A DNA stretch of 64,000 bases, taken from sequence record MH221129.1; one strand, 5' to 3'. Numbering within the stretch: position 1 is the first letter of the stretch; every line of letters starts with the position of its first letter. Under the pieces are notes generated by a model. The model was not told where the DNA came from and searched no databases. It worked only from the letters and a program-made list of their open reading frames with translations. The translations under genes and the position numbers were made by a program. Below, one piece after another: positions 9,599 through 18,817 of this stretch.

Positions 9599-11113
9599 TT
9601 ACACCTCTTCTTCTCTCAGAATACGCCGGTTTGCGTAATAAGCGCACCATAGTCCGTGGTATTCTTTACCGATATAAACCAGAGCATAACGGATGTAATA
9701 TTTCTCCGGACGTTCAGCCACGATATAGAAACGCCCTTCGGGTTCTTTAATGCGGTTAATCTCCGTACGAGAAGGGATATCAATCCCGCGCGTCAGAATT
9801 ACCGGAATGGGCTTTTTGCTCATCGGGAAATCGATACGCAAGTTAATCGCACGGTCAACGTTACGGTAATAATCCTTAACCGGTTTACCTTTGTCGTCAA
9901 ACAACAAGTCGGTAATATCGTTCAACACCAAACGTTTCTCTTTGTTCAGCGTATCCTTTAACCAGTGGCCGAGTTCTTCACGGATTTGCAACGCACGGTA
10001 CGACAACAGCGGTGGACGTAACATCCGCGAGATAGCCAAATCCTCAAAGAACCACACATTACGGTCTTCACTGAAATGCATCATCTGAACGGGTAGGCCG
10101 TTCTTCGCTTGCTCTGCAAACTTCTTACGTTTCACAAACTCGTTGTTAACAACCGCGATAGGATCATAACGGCGCATACGCGGAGTGTCTTTCCACGCTT
10201 CAATAGAATGCGAGTTCACGATAGTGTAAATGTTGTCCCACGGCTTCTCAGTAAACATTACCGAGAAATGCGCATCCGGAATCATCTTGCCAATAAAGAC
10301 CAAGTCGTCCTTGTTCTTTGCGTGGTTGCCACCAAACATGCAATAGTAGTTCTTACCGTCGGCTTCAACCTGCGGCGGCGTTTCATTAACCATCGGATAA
10401 CAATACTTCACCGTACAGACGGCAGGATACGCAGCCAGGTCACTGCCTTCACCGATGATTTCTGGCTCTGCTGTTTCCGGTAGCTCGTCCTGCGACCAAT
10501 ACGCTTTGTACATGATTCCGTCATTGGTTGCAGAAATCGCAGAACCTTTACGCGCCAACTCATCAACGCGGTCGTTACCGTAACGCCCAGAGTGCCCTTT
10601 AATCTTGATAACACGAACACCACGACCTTCCTTCTTCATGCGCTGTTTCACTTCCCACATGCGCTGAATCAGTTCTAGATTCGCAATAGGTGTACCGTCG
10701 GCACGCCGCCAGCCATTCTTCGCCCAACCGTCAATCCAACTGGTGTAGGTGTTCAGTACATAGGTGGCGTCGACGTAGATAATGTAGTTCTTCGCGGTAA
10801 AAGGCGCATCCTCAAACAGAGTTAAGAACGCCACCAACTCACCTACGTCGGAATAGAACTCCTTAGGTACAGGTATAACCGCGTCGACAAACTGAACCTC
10901 TGCCGGAACGTCGGGACATTTAACGTCCTTCGGTAACTGCTTGTAGCCTACCGTTGTGATTCTTTCCGGAATCTCCGGATGCTGGTAGGCTTGCGATTCC
11001 TCCAGATCGTTTGTGTTAAACAGGTAGCCGTGAATGCCGGCCCCGGAACCTTTCGGGGCCTCAGTGTGACTACCGTCGGTGTAGATAACAGCTACGTCGA
11101 CGTCTTTCATCAT
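9599..11113 (-). CDS. rnh: Ribonuclease HI with long C-terminal extension
   Basis: RNase H motifs IYTDGS, GELVAF, YVDATY, WxxNGW, IKGHSG..GNDRVDELA; start at ATG 11113 (GAGGAG RBS, ATGA overlap with the upstream gene). Confidence 0.9.
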   Translation of the reverse strand: MMKDVDVAVIYTDGSHTEAPKGSGAGIHGYLFNTNDLEESQAYQHPEIPERITTVGYKQLPKDVKCPDVPAEVQFVDAVIPVPKEFYSDVGELVAFLTLFEDAPFTAKNYIIYVDATYVLNTYTSWIDGWAKNGWRRADGTPIANLELIQRMWEVKQRMKKEGRGVRVIKIKGHSGRYGNDRVDELARKGSAISATNDGIMYKAYWSQDELPETAEPEIIGEGSDLAAYPAVCTVKYCYPMVNETPPQVEADGKNYYCMFGGNHAKNKDDLVFIGKMIPDAHFSVMFTEKPWDNIYTIVNSHSIEAWKDTPRMRRYDPIAVVNNEFVKRKKFAEQAKNGLPVQMMHFSEDRNVWFFEDLAISRMLRPPLLSYRALQIREELGHWLKDTLNKEKRLVLNDITDLLFDDKGKPVKDYYRNVDRAINLRIDFPMSKKPIPVILTRGIDIPSRTEINRIKEPEGRFYIVAERPEKYYIRYALVYIGKEYHGLWCAYYANRRILREEEV

Positions 11114-11829
11114 TCTCCTCGCAATTGCGGTGCAATATATTCCCCTGTGCACATCTCACGGTGCGCATCCAACATGCGTTCAAAACCGTAAGTGCGTGCG
11201 ACCAGTGCCAAATGATAGAGGCGTGCTGTAGAATACGCTTCTTTTGCAGCATCAAAGTTGGCATTGTGTTCGTACGCTTCTTTACCGTGTGTCCAGTTCG
11301 GGGCTTCGATTTCCCAGTTCGGTTCCAAGCCGAACGCAGCGGCTAAGCGTTCAATGGTACGGTCTGAATCCAGGATAGAGAATTTGCGGTATTTGCCGGG
11401 GTGGACGTTACACTGTGCAAACGCGTTCATCAGAATAGGATGGTCGAATTCCGGGCCACGACAAGTGATGACCATTTTGACATCACCGAGATCGTCGAGG
11501 AACTTCTTCATCGCCCATAACGCTTCCGGTAACGGTGTGGTGCCGGAGTAGGCTTCTTTACGTGCTTCTTCACACGGCGCGTAGTCCGGGTTATCTTTAC
11601 CTTCCCAGTAGCCCACAGTTTTTGGATCGATGTAGAAGACTTCTTTTGCCTTCTCATCATTCGGGTCTACTTTCTGGTAACACGAGCCGATCATTTTCAT
11701 GGTCGGAACATCAAAGGCGACGTTTGCCATTGTCAGGATAAAGGCATCGCTGCGCAATGCCAGTGTTTCTAAATCCGTCCCGACCACAACGCTGGGGATG
11801 AACGGTATATACGGTTTTGGGTACGCCAT
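11110..11829 (-). CDS. DEDDh (DnaQ-like) 3'-5' exonuclease
   Basis: ExoI TDLETL, ExoII GPEFDHPIL, ExoIII HNANFDA. Confidence 0.85.
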   Translation of the reverse strand: MAYPKPYIPFIPSVVVGTDLETLALRSDAFILTMANVAFDVPTMKMIGSCYQKVDPNDEKAKEVFYIDPKTVGYWEGKDNPDYAPCEEARKEAYSGTTPLPEALWAMKKFLDDLGDVKMVITCRGPEFDHPILMNAFAQCNVHPGKYRKFSILDSDRTIERLAAAFGLEPNWEIEAPNWTHGKEAYEHNANFDAAKEAYSTARLYHLALVARTYGFERMLDAHREMCTGEYIAPQLRGE

Positions 11830-11887
11830 GGTTTAATTCTCCAGTAGACATTATATCACAGGATTGACTGTTAACGTAAAAAAGGAC

Positions 11888-11917
11888 TTTCCCTCACACC
11901 CGAAGATGTGAGGGAAA
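11888..11917 (-). terminator. Intrinsic terminator
   Basis: Stem TTTCCCTCACA/TGTGAGGGAAA, with U-tract on the minus strand. Confidence 0.75.
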
Positions 11918-11922
11918 ACCAC

Positions 11923-12396
11923 TTAGATTAAACAGCTACGTTTGTGTGCTTCATAAGCGTCTTCAAAAGACGCACGGTCTTCACGATAGCTGCGAATTAA
12001 AGCCAGAATTTGTCGAGACAAATCACGGCTAATTTCTTTGGCATCACGTGAGTTAGGGTCCAAAATAATCTTTTCAGGGATTGGATGGAGGGTAGGTACG
12101 ATAAACTCTTCACACAACGGAGCTGTCATGGGTACACGCCATCCCTGGGAAAGTGCATAATTGTTGACAGACTTCGCATACAGGTACACGTAGTACGCGT
12201 ATGCGTTCACATCGGCAATATACATTTTGGATGACAACGCGGAGTTAGGCCCACGATTCGCTGGGTTGTATCGTGGGGGCTCCTCTAGAGGGCGAAAAGG
12301 CCAACCCTCTGTAGTTGAAGTTGTTACTGGCGTCGAGCGCTGGAACCCACTACAGCTCGTCAATACCAGTAACGCAACTACTAAAAATACCCTCAT
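11923..12396 (-). CDS. Lipoprotein, candidate o-spanin
   Basis: Signal peptide II MRVFLVVALLVLTS-C (lipobox LTSC), Pro-rich mature part, directly after a TM protein. Confidence 0.6.
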   Translation of the reverse strand: MRVFLVVALLVLTSCSGFQRSTPVTTSTTEGWPFRPLEEPPRYNPANRGPNSALSSKMYIADVNAYAYYVYLYAKSVNNYALSQGWRVPMTAPLCEEFIVPTLHPIPEKIILDPNSRDAKEISRDLSRQILALIRSYREDRASFEDAYEAHKRSCLI

Positions 12397-12405
12397 GATT
12401 GCTCC

Positions 12406-12930
12406 TTACGGGTTATTGAGCGTCTTGATAATCTCTTGACGGAATTCATTTGAGTCCTGAGTCCCCACCGGACGTGTGGCGGCTTGTTGCTTTTTAGCAG
12501 CAGGACTCGACGGATGTACCGGAGCAGGAGGTGTCACCGGTTTAGAATCGACAACATCAGCCCCAGATGTTAATGTGTCGGGTTTCATCGGCGTACGGTT
12601 TTCGACACCTTCATATGGCGGTCGAGAACCCAGGCAGGTAAAGAGACGATCGTAGAGCTTGGTGTTTTCCGTGCCCAACTTGTCTGCCTTCTCCTTAAGC
12701 TCCTTATAGGACAGGTCCATGTACTGATCGTGCGATTGCGTACTAATTAATGCGTGGTATTGAACAACATAGGCATATGAGACAAAAACCGAGAACGCGA
12801 CCAATGCCACTATCACTAGTGTCATTATTTTCCCGGCTCGAGTTATTTTCTCCCCCTCGCCTGGCTTAAATGCTTCCCACAGCATCTGTAAGAAAGGAAG
12901 CAGTTTGATAATCGATGCTATCATGCTCAC
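12406..12930 (-). CDS. Membrane protein, candidate i-spanin (or holin)
   Basis: TM helix IMTLVIVALVAFSVFVSYAYVV followed by a coiled-coil-like and a Pro-rich segment. Confidence 0.5.
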   Translation of the reverse strand: MSMIASIIKLLPFLQMLWEAFKPGEGEKITRAGKIMTLVIVALVAFSVFVSYAYVVQYHALISTQSHDQYMDLSYKELKEKADKLGTENTKLYDRLFTCLGSRPPYEGVENRTPMKPDTLTSGADVVDSKPVTPPAPVHPSSPAAKKQQAATRPVGTQDSNEFRQEIIKTLNNP

Positions 12931-12948
12931 CTCGGAGAGTTTTTAATT

Positions 12949-14328
12949 ATGTATGATTTACAAGGCTTTATTCAAATTGCGGCTCTGATTGATAATGGCC
13001 CTGGCAACACCGCTCCGGTAGGTGAGTTGTCTGAGCTGTCATATTCGTTTGCTAAAAGCAAGCAGTATTTCACTAAAGAAAGTTTGCAGGTGGAGCTGGT
13101 TGCTTTTACGTCAAAACGTGACGATGTGTCTATTAAAGCCCCGGCCGTATTTACCGACCACGTTCTCACGGTTTCCCAGTGGATTTACCAACAGGCAATT
13201 CTGGGCAACTTAAGAAACGATGAAGTTGAATTCCAGCGTTTGCTGTTAGGGCAATTTAATAGTGCCATCAGCGGTGTCCAGTCTGGTGCGATGGTCCAGA
13301 CGAACAGCAACTGGTTCCCGCGTTGGGTCAGTTGGACGTACGAAACGACAGCAGATAAGGTCGAAGACCCGTCTGATGTAAAGAACCAGATTATTCTCTG
13401 GTTTGCTGATGAAGATTTCAATCAAGATTATACTGGGTTCGAAATCGAAGTCCAGATGCCGATACTACCAGTTGATACGTTTTTGGCTGTGAAGTCTGTA
13501 GTCGAACAGGCGATGGAAGGATTTAACCTTCCGGATCACCATAATAAGATTAATGAGCTGGCTGACGGTTATCCGTACACCAATCTCATTACAAACATCT
13601 ACACCTGGCACGATCAAGAAGACTTTGATTCGACGCTTCAGGTACCGATGTCGGTGATTATTTATGGCCGTGCCGGTAGAAACCCCAGCCGGATTAAACA
13701 AGCATTACGTGATTACATTTTGAATAACTCCAGTTTTACTGTGGCGTTAGGTGTCAAAGTGTTCCCAGAAATCTTCACGACCACCAAGTTTACTATTGTA
13801 CCGGGTTGGTCTATTCGGGGAATTCCGAATGAGGAAGACATCGCGGCGTTATACTCGCCGATTCTCCCATATGATTTCTGGGTTAAAGCGATCACAAAAT
13901 TCGGTGAATGGGCGACGCAAACCATCGCGGAAAAAAATAGTGGCGCAGTCTCTGTTCCGACAACGGATGTGACTGATTTACCGTCCATCTATAAGTCGCT
14001 CAACGGCGTTTGCATTGCTGGCCCTGAAAACGATTCACGGAAAACAACTCTGCACGATATCATTCCGGATTACGCGCTTATCGGCACTACAAACGCAGAT
14101 ATTGCACGTATGTCGAAGAACACAACCGATTGGTTGAATCTGTTCTTCCAGGCGCTGGTTGCCGCAGAAGAATATCATCCACATTCCACACCTCTGGACA
14201 TCGTGAAGCTGGTTGACGATACCGACCCTAACATCTATTTCTGGGTGTTTGAGTTCGAGAACGTCGAATACCGCATCCTGTCCCGTAAAGCGGTTTGGGA
14301 TGTTCCCGCTACCGGTGAAGACGCCTAA
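12949..14328 (+). CDS. Probable virion structural (baseplate/tail) protein (459 aa)
   Basis: Long clean ORF, divergent late-type arrangement; no catalytic motif seen. Confidence 0.6.
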   Translation: MYDLQGFIQIAALIDNGPGNTAPVGELSELSYSFAKSKQYFTKESLQVELVAFTSKRDDVSIKAPAVFTDHVLTVSQWIYQQAILGNLRNDEVEFQRLLLGQFNSAISGVQSGAMVQTNSNWFPRWVSWTYETTADKVEDPSDVKNQIILWFADEDFNQDYTGFEIEVQMPILPVDTFLAVKSVVEQAMEGFNLPDHHNKINELADGYPYTNLITNIYTWHDQEDFDSTLQVPMSVIIYGRAGRNPSRIKQALRDYILNNSSFTVALGVKVFPEIFTTTKFTIVPGWSIRGIPNEEDIAALYSPILPYDFWVKAITKFGEWATQTIAEKNSGAVSVPTTDVTDLPSIYKSLNGVCIAGPENDSRKTTLHDIIPDYALIGTTNADIARMSKNTTDWLNLFFQALVAAEEYHPHSTPLDIVKLVDDTDPNIYFWVFEFENVEYRILSRKAVWDVPATGEDA

Positions 14329-14338
14329 GGAGGCTTAA

Positions 14339-14962
14339 ATGGCACAGCTGCTGCCAAACACGCCCCAGGTTAACCTTGAGGGTTTGTTCAAGGTCAAGAC
14401 ACCGTATTCGTTAAGCGAGAACGTCATCTATGTCGTGGATGCGGTTCGTAACTTCGTTGACTTGCAACGTGGTAACAAAGACGTTTACAACGAGTTTTAC
14501 AAACCCGTTGGCCTGACCCGTGAAGACTACGTGGCCGATGCAAATGTCGGCGCGTCTATCATAACCCTTAAATCGCGTGATGGTCAAGTCTATTATATTC
14601 CGGATACCTACATTGAATCCTATCCGGGATTAAACGGACTGAATTATAAACGTAACGTGGTTGTTATCGACCTGACCTTAGTGCCAGAGTACGTCGATGT
14701 TTCATTGTTAACAGATGACTTAAAAAGCGTTTTAGAACGCGGCCTGGGGATTACTGCGAACGTGGACATCACATCGATGGACTACGAGGGAACAGTGACG
14801 GAAGAGGAACACTTGCAAATGGAAGCGGTTCGTAAAGCCAAAATCCGTGAACAGGTACCTTTATCAGAACAAGTTGCCACGTTAACAGCACAGAATCAAG
14901 AACTGCAAGCGCTGAACGACGCGATGTTGCTGATTCTCAAGGATAACGGGTTGACAAATTAA
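14339..14962 (+). CDS. Probable virion structural protein (207 aa)
   Basis: AAGGAGG RBS, co-transcribed with the previous gene, C-terminal coiled coil. Confidence 0.6.
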   Translation: MAQLLPNTPQVNLEGLFKVKTPYSLSENVIYVVDAVRNFVDLQRGNKDVYNEFYKPVGLTREDYVADANVGASIITLKSRDGQVYYIPDTYIESYPGLNGLNYKRNVVVIDLTLVPEYVDVSLLTDDLKSVLERGLGITANVDITSMDYEGTVTEEEHLQMEAVRKAKIREQVPLSEQVATLTAQNQELQALNDAMLLILKDNGLTN

Positions 14963-14974
14963 AGAAAAAAAGAA

Positions 14975-15000
14975 CTACCTACTCCCTAGGGAGTAGGTAG
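14975..15000. terminator. Bidirectional terminator (CTACTCCC-type)
   Basis: CTACCTACTCCC-TA-GGGAGTAGGTAG flanked by A- and T-runs. Confidence 0.85.
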
Positions 15001-15017
15001 GCTTTTATTTATTTTGC

Positions 15018-15926
15018 TTACGCGACATACTGACGGATAATCTTCTTGAGATTAGCCACAGTACGTTTAGACTTCGGCAGTGCTCGGAAGTCTGCAGCGA
15101 TCGCGTCGAAGTTCAGCGTTTTCAGAATCTTGCCATGGATTTCCAGGGCTTCTTCATCGACGTCGACCTTCACGGTTTCAGCTTCAACATCTTTCAGACG
15201 TTGAATAAGCGCTGCAACTGAACTTGACGGCTGTGATGCTTTAACACCCATCGCTTCGAAAATCTCGTCAGCGATGAACGTCGTTTCTGCGTCGTGTACA
15301 GTTTCCAGAATCATGTTATCATCGGCGGTTTCACCTGTGTCGTCCGCTTCTTCTGAATGTGACTCGAAGCAACGTTGGAATTCGATGTTGTTCGGGGTAG
15401 AGTCGCCGAAGATAACAGAAACCGCTTGCCAGTTACGCAGCTGCCAGGTAACAAACGTGCCGTTGATGTAGCAGTGGCTGATGCGTACAGGGGCTGCCGG
15501 TGCGGGAACTTCACGAATCAGTTCACCTGGCTCGAAGAACTGCGTATCGGCATGGGCAACGATATAGTGCTTACCGTCATCACATTCAACCACAACTGCC
15601 CAGTTAGGAATCGGTCCGAAGGCGATGCCTGGGAACAGCAGATCCCAACCGCAGTCATCGACGATAGTCAGCTCAGGCAGATTTTCGAACTGCATCTTTT
15701 TCTTACTGCGGCACAGGCGCTGATTGTTATACGGCAGCGGCATGTACATTTCGATGTTCGAATCGAGTAGCGCGTCGAAATGTTCTTCGCGCAGTACCGA
15801 AGTGCCAGCAACATTCTGCGCAATCAACGCTTCGCTGTATGCGGTAATGGCCGGGTATTGTGAAACATAATCGCGTCCACGGAGAGTACGCGCCAGGTCT
15901 TCGATTACTGATTTTGGAAATTGCAT
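15018..15926 (-). CDS. Hypothetical protein (302 aa)
   Basis: AAGGA RBS, clean ORF. Confidence 0.75.
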   Translation of the reverse strand: MQFPKSVIEDLARTLRGRDYVSQYPAITAYSEALIAQNVAGTSVLREEHFDALLDSNIEMYMPLPYNNQRLCRSKKKMQFENLPELTIVDDCGWDLLFPGIAFGPIPNWAVVVECDDGKHYIVAHADTQFFEPGELIREVPAPAAPVRISHCYINGTFVTWQLRNWQAVSVIFGDSTPNNIEFQRCFESHSEEADDTGETADDNMILETVHDAETTFIADEIFEAMGVKASQPSSSVAALIQRLKDVEAETVKVDVDEEALEIHGKILKTLNFDAIAADFRALPKSKRTVANLKKIIRQYVA

Positions 15927-15984
15927 GATAAATAATCCTTTAAGTAATAGTGGTATTCAGATTAAAGCACAGTGATGTAAAAAA

Positions 15985-16251
15985 CTACTTGTGGTGAAAG
16001 ACATGCCAACTGCTACGCCAGCGCCAGAAGCGCACCCACACACCTTTCATCCGCAGTGTCCAGAACCATGTCCAGATAAAGATAAAGAGGTGTGCGTATG
16101 GGAAGGTCATGCCGAGTATCTCAGCCACGACCCACCCCGCTAATAACACGAGGATGATGAAAACGCCCGCATACCAGGTATGTATCTGACCTGCGCAACG
16201 TTCCTCCATCCAGTAGAGTATAGAGATGAGCTTATTCATAAAGGGTTCCAT
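15985..16251 (-). CDS. Small membrane protein (88 aa, about 2 TM)
   Basis: Hydrophobic, Trp-rich segments. Confidence 0.65.
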   Translation of the reverse strand: MEPFMNKLISILYWMEERCAGQIHTWYAGVFIILVLLAGWVVAEILGMTFPYAHLFIFIWTWFWTLRMKGVWVRFWRWRSSWHVFHHK

Positions 16252-16326
16252 GCACGCCTAATGATGTGGTTTTCAATAGGATGCTGTCGAATGTATTTTT
16301 TAATTACCCCAATTAAAATAAGAAAG

Positions 16327-16348
16327 TACCGAGCCCGGAGGCTCGGTA
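16327..16348 (-). terminator. Intrinsic terminator
   Basis: TACCGAGCC-CGGA-GGCTCGGTA with U-rich tail on the minus strand. Confidence 0.7.
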
Positions 16349-16352
16349 AACT

Positions 16353-16946
16353 TTACGCGTCGGCTTCGAAGAACGGTTCGTTAGGCACGACCGAAAATTC
16401 CAGCACGAACATGTGTTCTGGTGCATCTTCTGCACGCCACAGTTTGTGACACACAGCCAGCTTTTCCAGAATAGTCAGCCAGGACAGCTGACAGTAAGCA
16501 CGCTCACCGAAGAACAGTTTCTGCAGCTCTACGGAGGCGTCCATATACGCTTGCTTAAAGCCGAGATCAACTTTATAGCCAGCAGACTGACGCCAGGTCA
16601 GCACTTTACCCGCTTCGGTATCGTCGATGTGTGGACGGAGCCCACAAATCCACAGCATAGCCAGGTTGGTGTTCCAGTCGAATTCAAGGAATTCTTCTTC
16701 ATCATCACCAAACGCAGTTTTCAGTGCGTCGTAGAAGCCGTGGTTTTCAGCAAACCATTCTTCATAGCTGACGTAGACCGGCTTTTCAGCGTCGTCAGCC
16801 AGGGTTTCACCCACTGGCGGCTCAACGTACTTCGGATTGGTCTGAACAGTTTCAGCGCCGGCGCGAATAAGCTCGTATACGTCTTTGGCAGTAATCTGTG
16901 CTGCCAGTTTCAGGCCTGGATACCAGGAACGGGTAACAAGAGTCAA
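16353..16946 (-). CDS. Hypothetical protein (197 aa, TTG start)
   Basis: AAGGAG RBS, start overlaps the SLT gene stop. Confidence 0.7.
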   Translation of the reverse strand: MTLVTRSWYPGLKLAAQITAKDVYELIRAGAETVQTNPKYVEPPVGETLADDAEKPVYVSYEEWFAENHGFYDALKTAFGDDEEEFLEFDWNTNLAMLWICGLRPHIDDTEAGKVLTWRQSAGYKVDLGFKQAYMDASVELQKLFFGERAYCQLSWLTILEKLAVCHKLWRAEDAPEHMFVLEFSVVPNEPFFEADA

Positions 16947-17671
16947 AGTGTGGCTCCTTTCGGGGTTATGTTAATTGCCAGCATCGTGATGCCAGCAGCA
17001 GGTGGAATCTTGGCGTACAGCGTATCCCAGATTTTCTGGAGTTCGGCGACACGATCGTCGTACTCTCTCTTCGCAAAAGCAAGCTGAATCGTTTTCCCTT
17101 CTTTCGGTGGCGCTACCTTAGCCCCATAAAACGCTGCATCTTTGCGGTAGCTGGACATCCAGCGTTTCGCAACCGGTGATTTCTTTTTAATCATCGTGGT
17201 CGCAGCACCTTCACCGAAACGGTACCCGAGAGCGATCTCGGCTGTGGTCGGCTTGCGTTTGAGTTGTTTGGTCAGATGATCCTCAATGTAGTTCATGTAT
17301 GCAGCAGCTAACGTCACTGCGTAACGGGGGTTTCTAAGATCGGCGTTCTTTGGAATACCGAGTTTCGCCCCATACAGTTTGAGCATTTGTCGCTTCGTGC
17401 CTGCGGTCATTTGGACCACGCTGTGGGCACTACTACGTTTATTCTTGCCGATGTTTTTATTGAAACGTGACTCTCTGTAAATCGTCGTGGTAAGCATCCC
17501 AGCATGGACGCCCTGCTTCTTTGCAGCAGACACGATGATAGGTTTCATCTCTTCGAAACGATCCTGAATCAGAACGAATTCTTTTTGCTGTTTGGTACTA
17601 TTAGACTGGTAAGACGCGCTTGCATTAAACGATGCCACAGCTACCAGAAGAAAGAAAAAGATACGGAACAT
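16943..17671 (-). CDS. Lytic transglycosylase (SLT/lysozyme-like) with N-terminal signal peptide
   Basis: Catalytic motif IYRESRF, SVVQMT (GLMQ-equivalent), ALGYRFG (AYNxG-equivalent); signal peptide MFRIFFFLLVAVASFNASA. Confidence 0.75.
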   Translation of the reverse strand: MFRIFFFLLVAVASFNASASYQSNSTKQQKEFVLIQDRFEEMKPIIVSAAKKQGVHAGMLTTTIYRESRFNKNIGKNKRSSAHSVVQMTAGTKRQMLKLYGAKLGIPKNADLRNPRYAVTLAAAYMNYIEDHLTKQLKRKPTTAEIALGYRFGEGAATTMIKKKSPVAKRWMSSYRKDAAFYGAKVAPPKEGKTIQLAFAKREYDDRVAELQKIWDTLYAKIPPAAGITMLAINITPKGATL

Positions 17672-17764
17672 GGAAATTTCTCCAATTGGATTTATACTTT
17701 TCCGTTCTCACTAAAGGGAGAATCGGCGCGGACAGCTACGTGCTCCTATGTTAAGTGCCCTGAT

Positions 17765-17782
17765 GATAAAATCTATTTGTAA
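17765..17782 (-). promoter_or_regulatory. Degenerate copy of promoter-like motif
   Basis: TTACAAATAGATTTTATC, overlapping the macrodomain stop, upstream of the SLT gene. Confidence 0.4.
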
Positions 17783-18273
17783 CGATTTGGGATGACCCTC
17801 TGGGCTTCCCCTAGCAGCTGTGCTGGCAAATAGAATCGATAGTGTTTCTCCGTTGCGTGTAGTCGCTCGTGCAAATGCAAAAAGATTTCAACACGTTCAT
17901 GATAGCGCAACCAACCGTTGGCCATCCCCAAGGGAGGTAATGCAATGTCTCCTTCTAAATCTTCTCCCAATCTCGCCAGGGCATCAATCCCGGACGTGAC
18001 ATAGTAAATTTGCGATTTAAAACGAAAATGAGTTTTAGTAGGAAGGAGAATCACCCCTTCCTCAGGATAAGGGTACACGTTACCGACGGTAATCTCTTCT
18101 CGGCGGCACCGTATACGATAGTCCTTATAAAGCTCTGGGAAGCGTTCTCTGCACGCTAATGCAATACCTCTTCCCATCGCCCCAACGCAGTTAACCGTGA
18201 CGACCTTGAAGCGCTCAGGCGCGTTAAACAAGTCGTGGGAGATAACAGCCTCGTCGATCAGTTCGAGTGACAT
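17773..18273 (-). CDS. Macrodomain ADP-ribosylhydrolase, DarG/TARG1-like
   Basis: TVNCVGAMGRGIAL..RERFP, LPTK, IALPPLG.ANG.L match the DarG macrodomain pattern (TVNTVGVMGKGIAL..KERFP, FPTK, IAIPPLGAGNGGL). Confidence 0.85.
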   Translation of the reverse strand: MSLELIDEAVISHDLFNAPERFKVVTVNCVGAMGRGIALACRERFPELYKDYRIRCRREEITVGNVYPYPEEGVILLPTKTHFRFKSQIYYVTSGIDALARLGEDLEGDIALPPLGMANGWLRYHERVEIFLHLHERLHATEKHYRFYLPAQLLGEAQRVIPNRYK

Positions 18274-18440
18274 CTAACGCCATACCCCATTGAGAGATAA
18301 CCGGAGATTGAAGCAAAGATTCCAGCTCAGTAAGAACCTTGTATTTTGCTTCTTCACGTAGTTTGAAGACTTCTGGGTCAGGTTTACCTGCATTCAGATA
18401 TTGGGGTTCTGTTCGTGGGGTAGGGAAACCACAGTAAGAA

Positions 18441-18632
18441 CTAACCGTTATTCCGACTATCGTTTTTCTCACGACGGCAATCCTCGCATTCGCAATATGT
18501 TCTGAAAAATGGAAAGTAGTTATCCAACGCAATAAACCATTTGCGGTGACGAGGACAAATAAAGAACTCGTCTTCAACACTCCAGTAGTGTTTTACTGAT
18601 AACCACTTAATAGGCAGGGAGGATGTTACCAT
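18441..18632 (-). CDS. Small Cys-containing protein (possible Zn-binding)
   Basis: CPRH...CECEDC; GGGGGA RBS before ATG 18632. Confidence 0.55.
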   Translation of the reverse strand: MVTSSLPIKWLSVKHYWSVEDEFFICPRHRKWFIALDNYFPFFRTYCECEDCRREKNDSRNNG

Positions 18633-18817
18633 TTCCCCCATCCCCATGGACTGTGACCGGGCAGATTAATCCCCACGCAATCCATAGCCGGGTTAGGCTT
18701 CATGCTGGTAACTAACCAAGCCTGATGGATACGTTTCTCTTCTTCAGTAGGCGGAAAGTAGAAGCCGACCAAGCGCCCGTCCTCAATCAATTCAACGACT
18801 TCGTGTTCTGTAGTCAT
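18626..18817 (-). CDS. Hypothetical protein (63 aa)
   Basis: Coupled (TAATG) to the upstream gene. Confidence 0.6.
   Translation of the reverse strand: MTTEHEVVELIEDGRLVGFYFPPTEEEKRIHQAWLVTSMKPNPAMDCVGINLPGHSPWGWGKW

Noticed and set aside
16413-17087. 224-aa plus-strand ORF
   Set aside because: Antisense to two well-supported minus-strand genes.
18224-18580. 118-aa minus ORF spanning the gap before the macrodomain
   Set aside because: Overlaps two better ORFs and has no convincing start or RBS; the 18274-18440 gap remains unexplained.
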